Assembly (NCBI GenBank): GCA_963514005.1
Contig: OY740800.1
Coordinates: 32,178,001 to 32,242,000, forward strand
Length of the DNA: 64,000 nucleotides
Direction: 5' to 3'
Origin: Raja brachyura
Lineage: Eukaryota
The notes below the pieces were generated by a model that saw nothing but the letters and a program-made list of their open reading frames with translations, did not search any database and was not told the DNA's origin. This document shows positions 35,991 through 50,324 of the stretch, one piece after another. Position numbers and translations under genes: made by a program. The number at the start of each line of letters is the position of its first letter. Within the stretch, counting starts at the first letter, position 1.

Positions 35991-36795
35991 ACCAGGAGAA
36001 CATTATCTGGAGTAAAGAGAACTGTCTCATCCGGAATACAACCAAGGTCAAAGAGATGGTTGTTAACTTTGGCAGGTCCAAGCTCCCACTTCAGCCGGTC
36101 AACACTGCAGGGGTGGACATTGAGGTGGTGCAGACACATAAATATCTGGGAGTGCACCTTGATGACAAACTGGATTGGTCAGTCAAGACCGATGCCCTCT
36201 ACAAAAAAGGACAGAGCAGACGCTTTTTCCTCAGAAGGCTCAGATCCTTCAATGTGCGCAATGACATGCTGTACCTGTTTTACAATACTGTGGTTGCAAG
36301 TGTCATTTTCTACGCTGTTGTATGCTGCGGAAACAACATCAGTGCTAAAAACAGCAGGACGTTGGTCAAGCTGGTAAAACGAGCTAGTTCAGTGCTGGGG
36401 GGGGGAGAGTGGAGAGTTGCAGGCCATCCTCGACAACTCCGGGCACCCCCTCCATGAAATTCTGGAAGGTCAAAAGAGCACGCAGAACAACAACTGGCTC
36501 CACTCCCTCCGCTGTAGAACGGAGCGGTTCAGGAAATCCTTCACCCCTCCAGCCATTAGATTTTATAATACTGATCGCTAGGCTGTATGGGGATGCTTTG
36601 CATTTTTTATAGTTAATTATTGAATCTTTTTAAGTATCTGTTACTTTCAGGTATTGTCCATATTGTATTTTATGTAATTTTTGTCTGCTTTCGTTCTGAA
36701 TGTGGGGGTTTGTTGGTTGGGGGCTTCTGGACATCTGAATTTCCCTGAGGGGATCAATAAAGTATTTATTAATATTATTATTATTATTATTATTA
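35991..36795 (+). mobile_element. Rex1/Babar LINE 3' fragment inserted in a CR1 tail
   Basis: KEMVVNF..KYLGVHLDDKLDWS..KKGQSR.FFLRRLRSFNV; AATAAA and (ATT)n tail; CR1 3' sequence resumes afterwards. Confidence 0.85.
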
Positions 36796-37487
36796 GAACG
36801 GGTGTCAAGGCTTATGGGGAGAAGGCAGAAAATGGAATTAGGATGCAGAGATCAGCCTTGATTGAATGGCGGAGTAGACTCGATGGGCCGAATTGCCTAA
36901 TTCTACTCCTATAACCTGTGAACGTGAAAAAAAGACAAAGTGCTGGAGTAACTCAGCGGGTGAGGCAATATCTCTGGAGAACATGGATAGGTGACGTTTT
37001 AGCTCGGGAACCTTTTTCAGTATTGCACAAGAATTTGGAAAGGTTTGAGTCAATGTAAGAGGATTATTGGAAACAGTCAGTAGGTTTTGTAGCATCTGAT
37101 GGGGAAAAAATAGGGTTGGTTTTTCAGGTGAATGACCCTTCATCTCAATTGGAAAAATGGGATAAACCAGTTAGTCTTGAGAGGTAGAGAAGGGGAGGGG
37201 TGGAGAGGATGTGGAATATTGTTACTGTCACCATTGCTTTAAGTTGAAACATCTGTCGATGCTGGAAATGAAAATCCACAGAGAAGGGGAATTTGCAAAA
37301 AGCTGTACTGATGAAGAGTGTCCAACAAAACATGAGCTCTATTTCTATTTCCACAGATGCTGCCTGACCTGCTGAATGTTTTCAGCATTCTCTAGTTTTA
37401 TTTTATCTGAAATTGGGAATTTGATACCAAGTCTTGAAGACTCCAATGGAGCCAAATAGAAGATGAGGTACTGTTGTTTGAACTTGT

Positions 37488-37791
37488 TCAGTTTAGTTTA
37501 GAGATACAGTGCAGAAACAAGCTCTTTGGCCCACCGAGTCCGAGTCGACCAGAGGTCACACCGTGCACTAGAACTATCCAACACACTAAGGACAATTTAC
37601 AATCTTTACCAATGCCAATTAACCTACCAACTCTTCTGACATCTTCCAACTGTGGGAGGAAACCAGAGCACCTGGGGAAAACCCACACGGTCATGGGGAA
37701 AAGGTACAAACTCCGTACAGAGAGCACCCGTAGTCAGGATCGAACCCGGGTCTCTGGCACAGCAACTCTACCGCAGTGCCACCGTGCGACC
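37488..37791 (-). mobile_element. HE1-like SINE
   Basis: Reverse match. Confidence 0.8.
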
Positions 37792-39074
37792 CTTGTATTG
37801 GGCTCTGTTGGAGTGATGTAGGATGGAAGGCAGAGGGTGGAACTGGAATAGAGCATTAAGCAACAAGATGCTCAGAACATTATACATCAAAGACGAGAGA
37901 GAAACAGAAATCACTGAGATTGAACTGGAAAAAACAGTACTTCACAATCAGGTGGAGAATGTTACAATTCTACCTGAAAGGAAAGCCAGCTTCCTTGCTG
38001 GTATGCACTGTGAATCATTTGAAAAGGTCTCATTTTGTTTGTGCAGACAAACTCGACCAGAACGAGTTGTGTTGAGACTGAACAGCCAGCAGCAATACAG
38101 ATTCAAAGTCAGAAGGAGCCAGAGGTCAGATGAGTGCAGGCCTGATCTCTCGCTCCTCTCCGAGACTATGGTGGTGTAGAGATTAGGTTGCAAGAGTAGC
38201 AATCAGAGCTCTGCACCATTGATCAAAGACCTGAGTTCAAATCTAACTACGGCGGCTGGGTAATTTGAGTTCAAGTAATTAAATAAATCTGTAGCAAAGG
38301 CAGAAAGAAAAATGCTTGTTTCAGCAACATAACTGTGAAACCACTAGATTACTAAAACCCCATCTGGATCACCGCTGTCGTTCAGAGAAATGATGTGGTC
38401 TGACCACAAGTGACTCCATGTATAACAAGATGGTTGAGTTCAGGAACTGAAGGCCAGTATTGCCAGTGACAATCCCATCCTGTGAATGAGGAAATAACGC
38501 AAAGCAGATTAATGTGTTGATGTTTGACGAATGTAAAGGTGGATTATTATTTAAATAGAAGATGGACACAAAATGCTGGATTGATTCAGCGGGACAGAGA
38601 GCATCTCTGGAGAGAAGGAATGGGTGACGTTATGGCCCAACCTCAATTACAATCGAGCCATTTACAGTGTACAAATAGATAGAAACATAGAAACATAGAA
38701 AAGAGGTGCAGGAGGAGACCATTTGGCCCTTCGAGCCTGCACCGTCATTCATTGTGATCATGGCTGATCACCCACAATCAGTAACCTGTGCCTACCTTCT
38801 CTCCACATCCCTTGATTCCCCTAGACCCTAGAGCTCTATCTAACTCTCTTTTAAATTCATCCAATTGGCCTCTACTGCCTTCTGTGGCAGAGAAATCCAC
38901 AGATACGATCATTAGAGGGCTTGACAGGGTAGATGTTGTGATGTCTCCACTAGCAGGACAGTCCACAAACAAGGGGACGAGCTTCAAAATAAAGGGCCGG
39001 TCATTTAAACTGAAGTGCATAGAAACTTCTTCCTTCGGGGGGTAGTGAATCTTTGAAATCTCTAGATATATTTA

Positions 39075-39347
39075 GTTTAGAGCTAGAGATTCAGTGCGGA
39101 AACAGGCCCTTCGGCCCACCGGGTCCGCGCCGACCAGCGATCCCTGCACATCATCACTATCCTGCACACACTAGCCAATTTACCTACATATTTGTATGAC
39201 TTTGGAGTGTGGGAGGAAACCAAAGATCTCGGGGAAAACCGACACAGTCACAGGGGAGAACCTACAGACACCGTACAGGCAGCACCCGGAGTCGGGATTG
39301 AATCCGCTGTAAGGCAGCAACTCTACCGCTGCGCCACCATGCCACCC
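39075..39347 (-). mobile_element. HE1-like SINE
   Basis: Reverse match. Confidence 0.8.
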
Positions 39348-40556
39348 AATATTAAAAATGGAGATGGATGAATATTTGCCAGGTCAAGGAATTGAGGGGT
39401 TATGACGAACTGGAATGGAAGAGGAATTGAGACCAGGCATGATCATGTTAAATGGTGGAGCAGGATTGATGACTTACTCCTGCTCCAATTTCCGTGCGTT
39501 CTTTGTTGAGCTGGGACTGGATATGTGGCCAGTCAGCTTTACATCAACCCACAGATTGTGCTTCCAGAGGGGTCACATTCATCAGAATGGGTTGTTGATT
39601 TAAACTTGGAATATAAATCTTTTGCCCATCTTTGTTTACTTTATATTTCTGCTTTTAATTTATTTATCAGCTGCTTAATCTTCAAAGACTTTATGCAATC
39701 CCTTTGCAGGATCTGGGTACTGTTAGCAAGGCCAACATTTATTGCCCATGTTGAAACTGGGAACTGCAGATGCTGGTTTACAGAGATGGGCGCAAAGTGC
39801 TGGAGTAACTCAGCAGATCGAATCGGTGGAGAACATCCCTGGAGGACATAGATGGGTGATGTTTTTGGCCGAGACCATTCTTCAGGCTGATTTATTGACC
39901 ATCCATAATTTCCCATCTTCTTCTTGTGTATGGCGTGCACAGCCTAAAGTTGTTCTATTTGATCTTATTTGATTGTGCACGCTAGGTTGATTGTATTCGT
40001 TGAAACAGGGCGGACCACGTGAAGGTTGCAATCTCCCACCCCATCATTTCCCATGAGAAGCTAATGGTGAACTGTCTTGGGCCACAGTCCATCTGGTAAT
40101 AGTGTTCCCACAGTGCTGTTGGAAGAAGCTCCGGGATTTGGACCTAAAGATGATGAAGGGCTGTTGATGAATTGCCAAGATGAGGTGATATAGTTACGAG
40201 AAAATCAGCAAAAGGTGGTGATCCAATGTACCTGCTGCCTTTGTTTCCCTTGGTGGTAGAGGTTATATAATCATAGAATGATACAGCACAGAAACAGGCC
40301 TTTCGGCCCCTCAACCATGCACACAAGTGCCTGTCTACCTGAGCTAGTCCCAGTTGCTTGCATATGGCCCAAATCCTTCTAAATCTCTGTTAATTGACCC
40401 CATCTATTGTAGTACTTTCCTTTTAATGCCTGTTTTTTAATTTCAATATTGCTCCTTGAAACTACAACCGCTGTCCTGAAACACAGTGTAATCACTCTCA
40501 CCTCGCCTCTGGAGTTCAGCTCTTTGATTCATGCTTGCACCAAAGCTGTGGTGAGA

Positions 40557-40860
40557 TTTAGTTTAGCTTAGAGTTACAGCGCGGAAACTGACCCTTCCGC
40601 CCACCGTTTCTACCGAACAGCGATCCCCATACACAAACACTATCCTACACACACTAGGGACAATTTACAATTTTACCAAGGCCAATTAACCTACAAACCA
40701 GCACGACTGTGGAGTGTGGGAGGAAACTGGAGCACCCGGAGAAAACCCACGCGGTCACGGGGAGAACGTACAAACTCCATACAGACAGCACCCATAGTCA
40801 GGATCGAACCCGGGTCTCTGGCGCTGTAAGGCAGCAACGCTGCTACCCCGCTGCGCCTGC
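40557..40860 (-). mobile_element. HE1-like SINE
   Basis: Reverse match. Confidence 0.82.
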
Positions 40861-41727
40861 TGCACCGGGTCTGAACCAAAGTGGTCTTAACAAAACACAA
40901 AACCCAAACTGGCCATCGAGAGCAGATTATTGTTGAAAGTACTACTTGATAGCATCATTTATTATACGGGCCTACAGTTGTTTTTGTTATGTAACCTTTG
41001 CAGTGGTTTTTGGTAACTAATTCACAAATCACTACCAAAAATGTGAAAAACAGAACAAAATTTCCTCTCGCAGAGTTTATGTACGAACAAAGAAAGTAAA
41101 TAAATGAACACGTTTTCAACTTGATGCATGCACAGATGACACATCTTCACGTGAGGAAAATTGCCATATGGACTGTTTTATAGGAACACAAATCTTTCCC
41201 CTCTCATTGGAAACCTATTAGGTTTTATTGACCCAAGCTTACCAAAGTTCTTCATTCAACATTTGGATATGGTGGGAAATCAATCACGTGCAGGCAAGAC
41301 CATTGTGGACTGAAGAACCTGTTCATATACTGGCTGTTCTAAGTGCGCCAGCGTGGCGCACTAAATGTATGTTGCACATCCATTTATGTCTTTGTTCAAC
41401 GCGTTAAATATAATTAAAGACAAATCACATTTTGTCTCACTCGCCAGGAAGAAAAGACTAAAGTTGCAAGCGAGCACATAGAACACTTGCATCCTGTGGG
41501 AAATGCCCTTTAGCTGTTCAAGATAAAAGCACTTCTCAAACCTCCAAGTGACTATGCTGTATTGGAGAAGTCAGGGAGTTCCTGTTTTTATCTGTTAAAA
41601 TCAAAGTCAAAGATAGACAATTCACTTGAGCAACATAATCTTATCATGTTCGCTTTTTTTCCAACACTTCTGCTCCTGTTACCCGTCAACTATCCTTTCT
41701 ACGTCACGGAACGCCATTAAGTCTTAC

Positions 41728-41754
41728 CCAGTGGAATTTTTTCACTTTGCAATC
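41728..41754 (-). other. Candidate 27-nt frame-preserving microexon
   Basis: CTAAT branch-like motif, TTTTTTCTGGTGAATCTTTCAG acceptor, TGG|GTAAGA donor. Confidence 0.3.
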
Positions 41755-41934
41755 CTGAAAGATTCACCAGAAAAAATTAGATCTGGACTTTATCTCCTGG
41801 TGTTGGATAAACAAATCCAGTCCTTTACAGAAATCTATTCCGGTAGTTAAGGTGTAATTAGGCTCGATCATCTGGAAATTGTCATCAGTCGTGCTACAGA
41901 GAAACACCTGCCATTGGTGATGGAGGGAGTTTAG

Positions 41935-42219
41935 TGGAAACAGGCCCTTCGGCCCACTGAGTTCGCACCGACCAGCGATCCCCGCGTATTAACACCACGC
42001 TAGGGATTTTTTTTCCATTTATACCAAGACAATTAACCTACAAACCTGTACGCTTTTTGGAGTGTGGGAGGAAACTGTAGTTCTCTGAGAAAGCCCACGC
42101 AGGTCATGGGGAGAACGTACAAACTCCGTATAGACAAGCACCCTTGGCCAGGATCGAACCCGGGTCTCTGGCAGTGTAAGCTCTGTAAGGCAGCAACTCT
42201 ACCGCTGCACCACCGTGCC
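41935..42219 (-). mobile_element. HE1-like SINE
   Basis: Reverse match. Confidence 0.8.
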
Positions 42220-42729
42220 TAGTGAATGTTTAACAGGGTGTGTGAGGCATCAATCAAATGGGTGGCTTTGTTCTGGTGTCCATTAAAGGTTGAAGATGCA
42301 CTCACCTGGGCAAGTGAAGAGTATTTCATCAAGCTTTGAAGATGAGATATTGAAGATGAGATGTTGAAGATGAGAATGCCATATGAATGTCAGGAGGTGA
42401 GACACTCACCCAAGGAAACCCAACCTCGGGCCTGTTATGTAAACACTGTAGCTCCATCTCCCACCCTCTCTATAAGCCTGATACCAACTTATTTTCTCTC
42501 ATTTGATTCTGATGAAGGGTCTGAATTAACTGAAACATTCATTCTGATTCTTTTTCCACAGCTGTGGTTTGATCTGCGGTGTGCTTCCAGGATTGTCTTT
42601 TTTTCATTTCAGATTCCCAGCATTTGCTAATGGGACTTTTTAGCTGGTCATCAGGTCTCTGCTTATTGGTGATCCCCACATTGGGCGCCCTATCAGTGGA
42701 AGGATGTGCTGGCATTGGAGAGGGTCTAG

Positions 42730-43940
42730 AGGAGGTTTTCGTGAATGATTCCAGGAATGATTGGGTTAACAAACGATTAGCATTTGAGGGCCCTGGGCCT
42801 GTACTCGCTGGAGTTCTTCATTGTGGGTGCGGTCTTCATTGTAACTTACCGAATAGTGAAAGGCCTGGATAGAATGTATGTGGAGAGGATGTTTCCACTA
42901 GTGGGAGTCTAGGATCAGAGGCCTATGCTCAGAATAAAAGGACGTACCATTAGAAAGGAGATGAGGAGACATTTCTTTCATTGGAAGGTGGTGAATCTGT
43001 GGAATTAATTGCCACAGGCGGCTGTGCAGGCCAAGCCAATGGGTATTTTTAAGGCTAAACTCCAGCCAGGACAGGCCCAGAGCCATCAAACATTCATCAC
43101 GTTAGCCCAATCATCCCAGGGATCTTTCTCGTAAACCTCCTCTGGACCCTCTCCAGAGCCAGCACATCCCTCCTCAGATATGTGGCCCAAAACTGCTCAC
43201 AATACTTCAAATGTAGTTTGACCAACGCGTCATAAAGCCTCAGTATTGCATCCCTGTTTTTACATTCAAATCCTATTTGAAATAAATGCTCACATTGTGT
43301 TTGCCTTCCTTACTACTGATTAACCTTTTGAGAATCCTACACCTTGCTCCTAAGTCCCGTTGCACCTCCGATTTCTGAATCCTCTCCCCATATAGGAAAT
43401 AGAAATAGTTATTTCTGCTACTAACGTGCGTGGTCACAGACTTTGCTACACTGTATTTCATTTGTCACTTCTCTGCCCACTCTCCCAACCTGTCCAAGTC
43501 CTTCTGCAGACTCCCTGTTTCCTTTACACTACCTGCCCCATCACTTCTCTTTGTACCATCTGTAAACTTAGCCACAAAGCCATCAATTCCATCATCCAAA
43601 TAATTGATATACATCGTGAAGAGTAGCGGCCCCCAGCACTGACCCCTGCGGAACACCACTAGCCACTGGCAATTAAATCAGAAAAAGCCTCGTTGATTCC
43701 CCCTCTCTGCCTTCTGCCATCCTGCCAACCCGCTATCCATGCTGGTATCTTCCCTCTGACACTATGGGCTCTGATCCTCTTTAGCAGCCTCACATGTGGC
43801 ACTTTATCAAAGGCCTTCAGAAAATCCAACACCATCCACCGACTCTCCTTTGTCTGTCCTGCTATTTACTTCTTCAAAGAATTCCAACAGATTTATCAAG
43901 CACGACATCCCCTTCACAAAACCATGCTGACTTTGGCCTA
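42730..43940. mobile_element. CR1 fragments: plus strand (~42730-43055) facing minus strand (~43060-43940)
   Basis: Minus strand has GVPQGSVLG-type and KF.D.TK RT motifs; plus strand has VVNLWN.LP. Confidence 0.75.
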
Positions 43941-45511
43941 GTCTCTCCCCAGAATAATGTTGGGGGGGGGGTCAGTCACTGTGCGTATTCGAGGAGGAGA
44001 TCTGTGCATTTCTAGATATGAGGGAAATGTGTCATACAGCATGGAAACAGGCCATTTGGCCAACATACACCCACAATAGGAAATGGGGTGAGAGAAATTT
44101 AAGTGCAATTAAGGTGACAGATTAGGCATGATCGAAAGAAAAGTCACTACCTATTCCTTTATTTTTGTATTCATTTGTCTCCCTCACGCTCAGTTGTGCC
44201 TTACTACCTGCCTTGACATCCCTGTTTAACCTTGTGCGCGATATTAATGTCAGCAATAGGGAGGACAAAAGGAGGAGCCGGCGTGCTTTGTAACTTTGTC
44301 AGTGCCGTACGTGGCCACTATTTGTATACATTGTGTATGCAGGCAAAGAATCTCACTGTGCCTAGTCACATGTGACAATAAAGTGTTCCACTCCATTGCC
44401 CATACATCAAAGGTATTGACCACCCAGCCATCGACAAGATCTACAGGAAGCACTGATATCACCAAACACACACACACACACCATCCTGGCCATGCTCTCT
44501 TCTCACCACTTCCATTGGGGAAAAAGGTACAGGAGCCTGAGAAGCATTACCTCCAGGTTCAAGAACACCTTCCTCCCATCAATCATCGGGTTCTTGAACT
44601 ACCCTGCATAACTCTAACAACAACCCTACCTCAGTACTAAATCACCGCAGACTTTGCATTACTATGGTTCCTCTGGATACTTTGATTTTAGAATAACAGA
44701 TAATTTGATTATTCAGATTGTTCCTATTGTCTGTAACTCGGTTTCACCTCGCCCAAAGCTAACAATGGCCTGTTTCCTTTAACATTGTTTCTGTTTTGCA
44801 TATCTTTCATTCGTCTGTTCTATATCTCTCTATATCACCATCTATATCTCTCGGTTCCCTTTCCCCGACATGGTCTGAAGAAGGGTTTCGACCCAAAGCG
44901 TCGCCTATTCCTTTTCTCAAGAGATGCTGCCTGACGCGCTGAGTTACTCCAGCATTTCGTGTCTATCTTCGGTGTAAACCAACATCTGCAGTTCCTTCCT
45001 ACACATAATTTACTGTATATTTTGTTTGTTGCTCTTGTTGCGATTAATGTGCCTGTTAGAACCTCACTGTTTCAGTTTAAATTAGGCGCATATGGCAAAT
45101 AAGCACACCTGAATATTTAATCTATTAAGGTTTATTCATTTTGTATTTTCAGATGTATTAAATAATCAACTAATTTAGTTTGTTATGTACTGTTTAGTGC
45201 ATTTATGGACATTTATGCTAACACCGGTGTAACCTTGAGAAGAGGCATGTAGAAGGGGCATTCAACTCCCCCTTCAGCTGCCTGTTCTGTTGCTTCAGGC
45301 AACCATCAATAATTCTGTGCCAATATCGAGAGCAGATGCACACATACGTCTGCTTTGCAACTTTAAAGCAAAGGTCTAGACCTCAGTATTTCCCTTATTT
45401 ACTCCCTAATATACTGGAAAGATTAGCTAATTTAAACTTCATTCATGAAACAGCTTACAGAGCCACTTGGTATCCTTACAATTTTTTTTTGTAAGGATTG
45501 ACTCCATGGAA

Positions 45512-46555
45512 GGGAGCAGAAGGTGATGGTGGAAGGTTGCTTCTCGGACTGGAGGCTGTGACTAGTGGTGTGCCTCAGGGTTCGGTGCTGGGCCCGTTAC
45601 TGTTTGTCATCTCCATCAATGATTTGGATGAGAACATTCAGGGCAAGATTTGCAAGTTTGCTGATGATACAAAAGTGAGTGGTTTTGCAGATAGTGAAGA
45701 TGCTTGTGAAAGATTGCAGCAGGATCTGGATCGTTTGGCCAGGTGGGCGAAGTAATGGTTGATGGAATTCAATACAGAGAAGTGTGAGGTATTGCATTTT
45801 GCACAGTAAATGGTCGGCCTCTGAGTAGTGTTGTGGAGCAGAGGGATCTAGGGGTACAGGTGCATGGTTCCTTGAAGGTCGAGCCACAATAGATAAGGTG
45901 GTCAAAAAGGCTTTTGGTACTTTGGCCTTCATCAGTCAGAGTATTAAGTGTAGAAGTTGGGAGGTCATGTTGAAGTTGTATAAAACGTTGGTGAGACCGC
46001 ATTTAAAATATTGTATTCAGTTTTGGGCACTATGTTATAGGAAAGATATTGTCAAGCTTGAAAGGGTTCAGAAAAGATTTACAAGGGTATTGCCCAGACT
46101 AGAGTGTGTGAGCTATAGGGAGAGGTTGAGTAGGCTGGGTCTCGATTCCATGGAGCGCAGGAGGATGAGGGGCTATCTTATGGAGGTGTACAAAATCATG
46201 AGAGGAAAAGATCGGGTAGATGCACAGGGTCTCTTGCACAGAGTAGGGGAATCGAGGACCAGAGGACATTGGTTCAAGTTGAAGGGGAAAAGATTTAATA
46301 GGAATCCGAGGGGTAACTTTTTCAACACAAAGGGTGGTGAGTGTATGGAACAAGCTGCCAGAGGAGGTTGTAAAGGCTGGGACTATCCCATTGTTTAAGA
46401 AACAGTTAGACAGGTGCATGGATGGGACAGGCTTGAAGGGATATGGACCAAGCGTAGGCAGGTGGGACTAGTGCAGCGTAGTGTAATGTTGGCCGGTGCG
46501 GGCAAGTTAGGCCGAAGGGCCTTTTTCCACACTGTATCACTCCATGTCTCAATGA
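45512..46555 (+). mobile_element. CR1 LINE 3' portion with tail
   Basis: SGVPQGSVLGPLLF..INDLD..KFADDTK; RPHL.YC.QFW; tail GGCCGAAGGGCCT shared with the HE1 SINEs. Confidence 0.9.
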
Positions 46556-47002
46556 CTCCTTGACTCTAGGACCAGCTTTCCTCTGGAACTGCCAGTTGCT
46601 GAATGCTATTACAGATTAAGAAGCAGTTAATCTTGTGAAAGATGCTTCAAGGAGTAGCAGCACTAACGGGCAATTACTGAGCCTGCTCCAATATTTATGT
46701 TGCAGTCTGAACCCGAACAAAATACAGAGATCATAGGTATGTGTAGTCAAAAGATCTCTTTCGTGTTTTATAAATTTATCTTAACGATATCCAAATTTGA
46801 AATACTGCAATTTTTCATATGTACATTTCTCGTAGATCTGGAGTCATAAATATAGTGTAGGAATGAGCTGCAGACGCTGGTTTACATCAAAGATGGACAC
46901 AAAATGCTGGAGTAACTCAATGGGACTGGTAGCTAGATCGAATGAATCAGGTTGAGACCTGTCCCGCTGAATAACTCCAGCATTTTCTGTCCATTAGAAA
47001 AT

Positions 47003-47036
<34 letters not shown>

Positions 47037-47037
<1 letters not shown>

Positions 47038-47850
47038 TTTTTTTTTAACTAAATCGGAAAAAAGAAAAAAGGAAAGGAAGGAGAAAGGAAAAAGAACAGA
47101 AAGAATTTCGAAAAAGATACGAAAAAGAAAAAAGAAAAACCCCTGAAGTAACAAAGAAGTGAAAAAAAAGAGGAGATATATCCCACTACCCTTCCCTACG
47201 GCTCACTCACCCGACCCTAGCGTCGGTGTTGAATTTGTGTTCAAACATTATGTTGTTGAAGAAATTCAATGAAAGGAGAACATATTTTGGAAAATTTATC
47301 AGACAACAAAACCCTTATTTTTTCTAAATGTTGTGTCTCGGTCATTTCTGTGATCCGCATCTTCACTGTGGGGACTGTTATCTTTTCCCAGAGTTTAAGT
47401 ATACGTTTTTTTCGCAGTTATTAAACCATAGTCAAGGCAGCGTCTTTGGAATATCGTTAACTTAGGGCACTCTGACATTCCTAATATTATTAATTTTGAA
47501 TCTGACTCCAATTGAATTTTGGGTGTTTTAGAAATGGTATTGAATGTTCCCGTCCAGAAGTTTTGTATTTTTATACAGGATACAAAAGAACGGGCTAGGG
47601 TAGCTTCTTGGAGGTGACATTTATCACAGAGAGGAGACAGTTGGGAAGATCTTGTTCAATTTGGTCTTTGAGTAGTATAACCTATACAATACTTTGAATT
47701 GTATCAGGCAATGCCTGGCATTTAAAGAGCTGTAATGTATGTATTGTAGACTTTCCACCCATATATCTTTCGAAATGGGAAAACCCAGCTCATCCTCCCA
47801 TGTTCGCCTATGAATCTCAGAAGGTGGGGTCAATATTTAGAAGAGTGTTA
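47037..47850 (-). mobile_element. L1-clade LINE 3' fragment, poly(A) adjacent to a (TA)n microsatellite (47004-47036)
   Basis: WEDELG.....W....LIQFKVL.RLYYSK.KL.KIFP....CDKC (L1 ORF2 C-terminus). Confidence 0.85.
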
Positions 47851-48687
47851 TAAATGTAAGATATCAACTTACTTGTATCGGCATGTCTATTCAAACAATC
47901 GATCCATTAGAAAATATAGCACAGAGATAGATTCTCCAGTCCCCACTGATCATCATGAGCCATTTATATTAATCTTAATTCCATATGTTCCCCTCACTAC
48001 ATTTCCAGCCACTCCACACACACCCTCTCCCAGATTATTCTACCGATGTACAAATTAAGGGTAAACAGCATCACTGGAGAGAAGGAACGGATGACGTTTC
48101 GGGTCGAGACCCTTCTCCAGACAGAGAGTCAGGGATAGGGAGACTAGAGATATGGAAGGATAAGGTGCGGAAATGACAGATCAAAGCAGACCCTAATCAA
48201 GGAAACGTAGAATGGTTCATATGTTAGGTGAGGGGAAGGTGACAACAATGCATACAAAGGGTCTCGACCCAGAACGACACCCATTCCTGCTCTCCAGAGA
48301 TCCTGCCTGTCCCGCTGAGTTACTCCTGCATTTTGTGTCTGTCTTCAGTGTAAACCAGCATCTGTAGTTCCTTCCTTTACAAATTAGGGGCAATTTACAG
48401 TGGCCAATTAACCTACCGACCATGAGAAGAAACCATGCAGTCACAGGGAGAACATGCAAACTCCACACTGATAGCACCCAAAAACCAGGATTGAATCCAG
48501 GTCGGGGGAAATGTGAGGCAGCAGCTCGGCTAGCTGTACCACTTTCTTCAGCCATTTTCTAAATCTTAAGCAAGTTCTGTCCTTTGCTATTATGAAGACG
48601 CGTGGAGCCTTTGGCCTATGTTTGCAAGGAGCATTGGAAAGCTTCACTTAGACTGAGGATTATGAGTAACTTTCAGTCATATATTTA

Positions 48688-48984
48688 GACTTCAGAGATA
48701 CAGCGCAGAAACAGGCCCTTCGGCCCACCGCGTCCGCGTGGAGTAGTGGTCCCCACACTGATTACTAGCAGTTTCCTACACACTAGGAACAGTTTATAAT
48801 GTTACCGAAACCTACACATCTATATGTCTTTGAAATGTGGAAGGAAACCAGAGTACCCGGTGAAAAAGCCACACAGTCACAGGGAGTACGTGCAAACTCC
48901 GTACAGACAGCACCCGTAATCAGGATAAACCCCGGGCCTCTGGCAGTGTGAAACAGCTGCTCTGCTGCTGCACCACCGTGCCAC
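48688..48984 (-). mobile_element. HE1-like SINE
   Basis: Reverse match. Confidence 0.78.
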
Positions 48985-50324
48985 TCGAACGAAATGAGTG
49001 AGTGTTTGAATTATTAACCCCTTTCAATAACACTACTGAAATCAGTATCAGAACTGCCAAACAGCAGTAATGGTTTCTCTGATATTAGTGGAAGAATTTT
49101 TAATAATATGCCCACAAGATAGTCAAGGGAAAATATATACATTGGTCTGTAGACTTTATTATAAACTTTGTACTCTCCTCTAAATCCACAGCTATTGTGG
49201 ATCCAGAGAAAACAGAGGAAGAACTAATATAGAATTTATAATTTATCTAAGAGAAATATGGAAGTTGCCATTAAGTACATAGAACAGGAATGAGAGAATT
49301 ACATTACAGCTAGGCCTTGTGGGTCGTGGAAACAAACAAAAAAAAAGAAAGAAAATGGTTAAAACAAAAGAGAAAAATAATTTGCTATTAGTTTAGTTTA
49401 GTTTATTGTCATGTGTGCCGAGATACAGTGAAAAGCTTTTGTTGCGTGCTGATCAGTCAGCGGAAAGACAATACATGATTACAATCGAGCCATCCACAGT
49501 GTACAGATACTGGACAGAGGGAATAACGTTTAGTGCAAGGTAAAGTCCGATTAAAGAAAGTCCAAGGGTCTCCAATAAGGTAGTCAGTAGCTCAGGAATG
49601 TTCTCCAGGTAGGAAGGTTCAGGTGCCTAATAGCTGCTGGGAAGAATGTGTCGCTAAATCTGGAGGTGTGCGTTTTCACACTTCGATACCTTTTGCTTGT
49701 TAGGATGGGATTATTAAGTAAACACTTCTTGAACCTGAGGTCACAGCTTTCAGACTCCTGTACGATCTTCTGGGTGGTAGGAGTGAAACGATAGCTTGGC
49801 CATGGTAGTGTGACTCATTAATGCTGGCTGCCTTTTTAAGGCAGTGCCTCCTAAAGATCCCTTTGATGGTGGGAAGGTTGATACCCGCGATAGGCCATGT
49901 GGTGGCTATCAACTTTTTTAATCTCCTTCATTCCAGATCATTCGCGTTGTTGAACCAGGCGTGATGTCGCTGGTCAATAATCCTGCACACCGCACACCTG
50001 TAGAATATCTAGAATGTATTTGTCGACATATTGAATCTCTTCAATCTTCTCAGGAAGTAGTGGCATCAATGGACTTTTGTTATGATTGCATTGATTTAGA
50101 AACATAGAAACGGAAAATAGGCGCAGGAGTTGGCAATTCGGCCCTTTGAGCCAACACCACCATTCAATATGACATTGGCTGATCAGCCAAAATCAGTACC
50201 CCATTCCTGATTTCTCCCCATGTCCCTTGATTCAGTTTGCCCTAAGAACTAAATCTAACTCTCATTTTCTGGGCCCACAATAGATCTTCAGAGACATGTA
50301 CAGCATGCCCAGAAATTTGACAAT

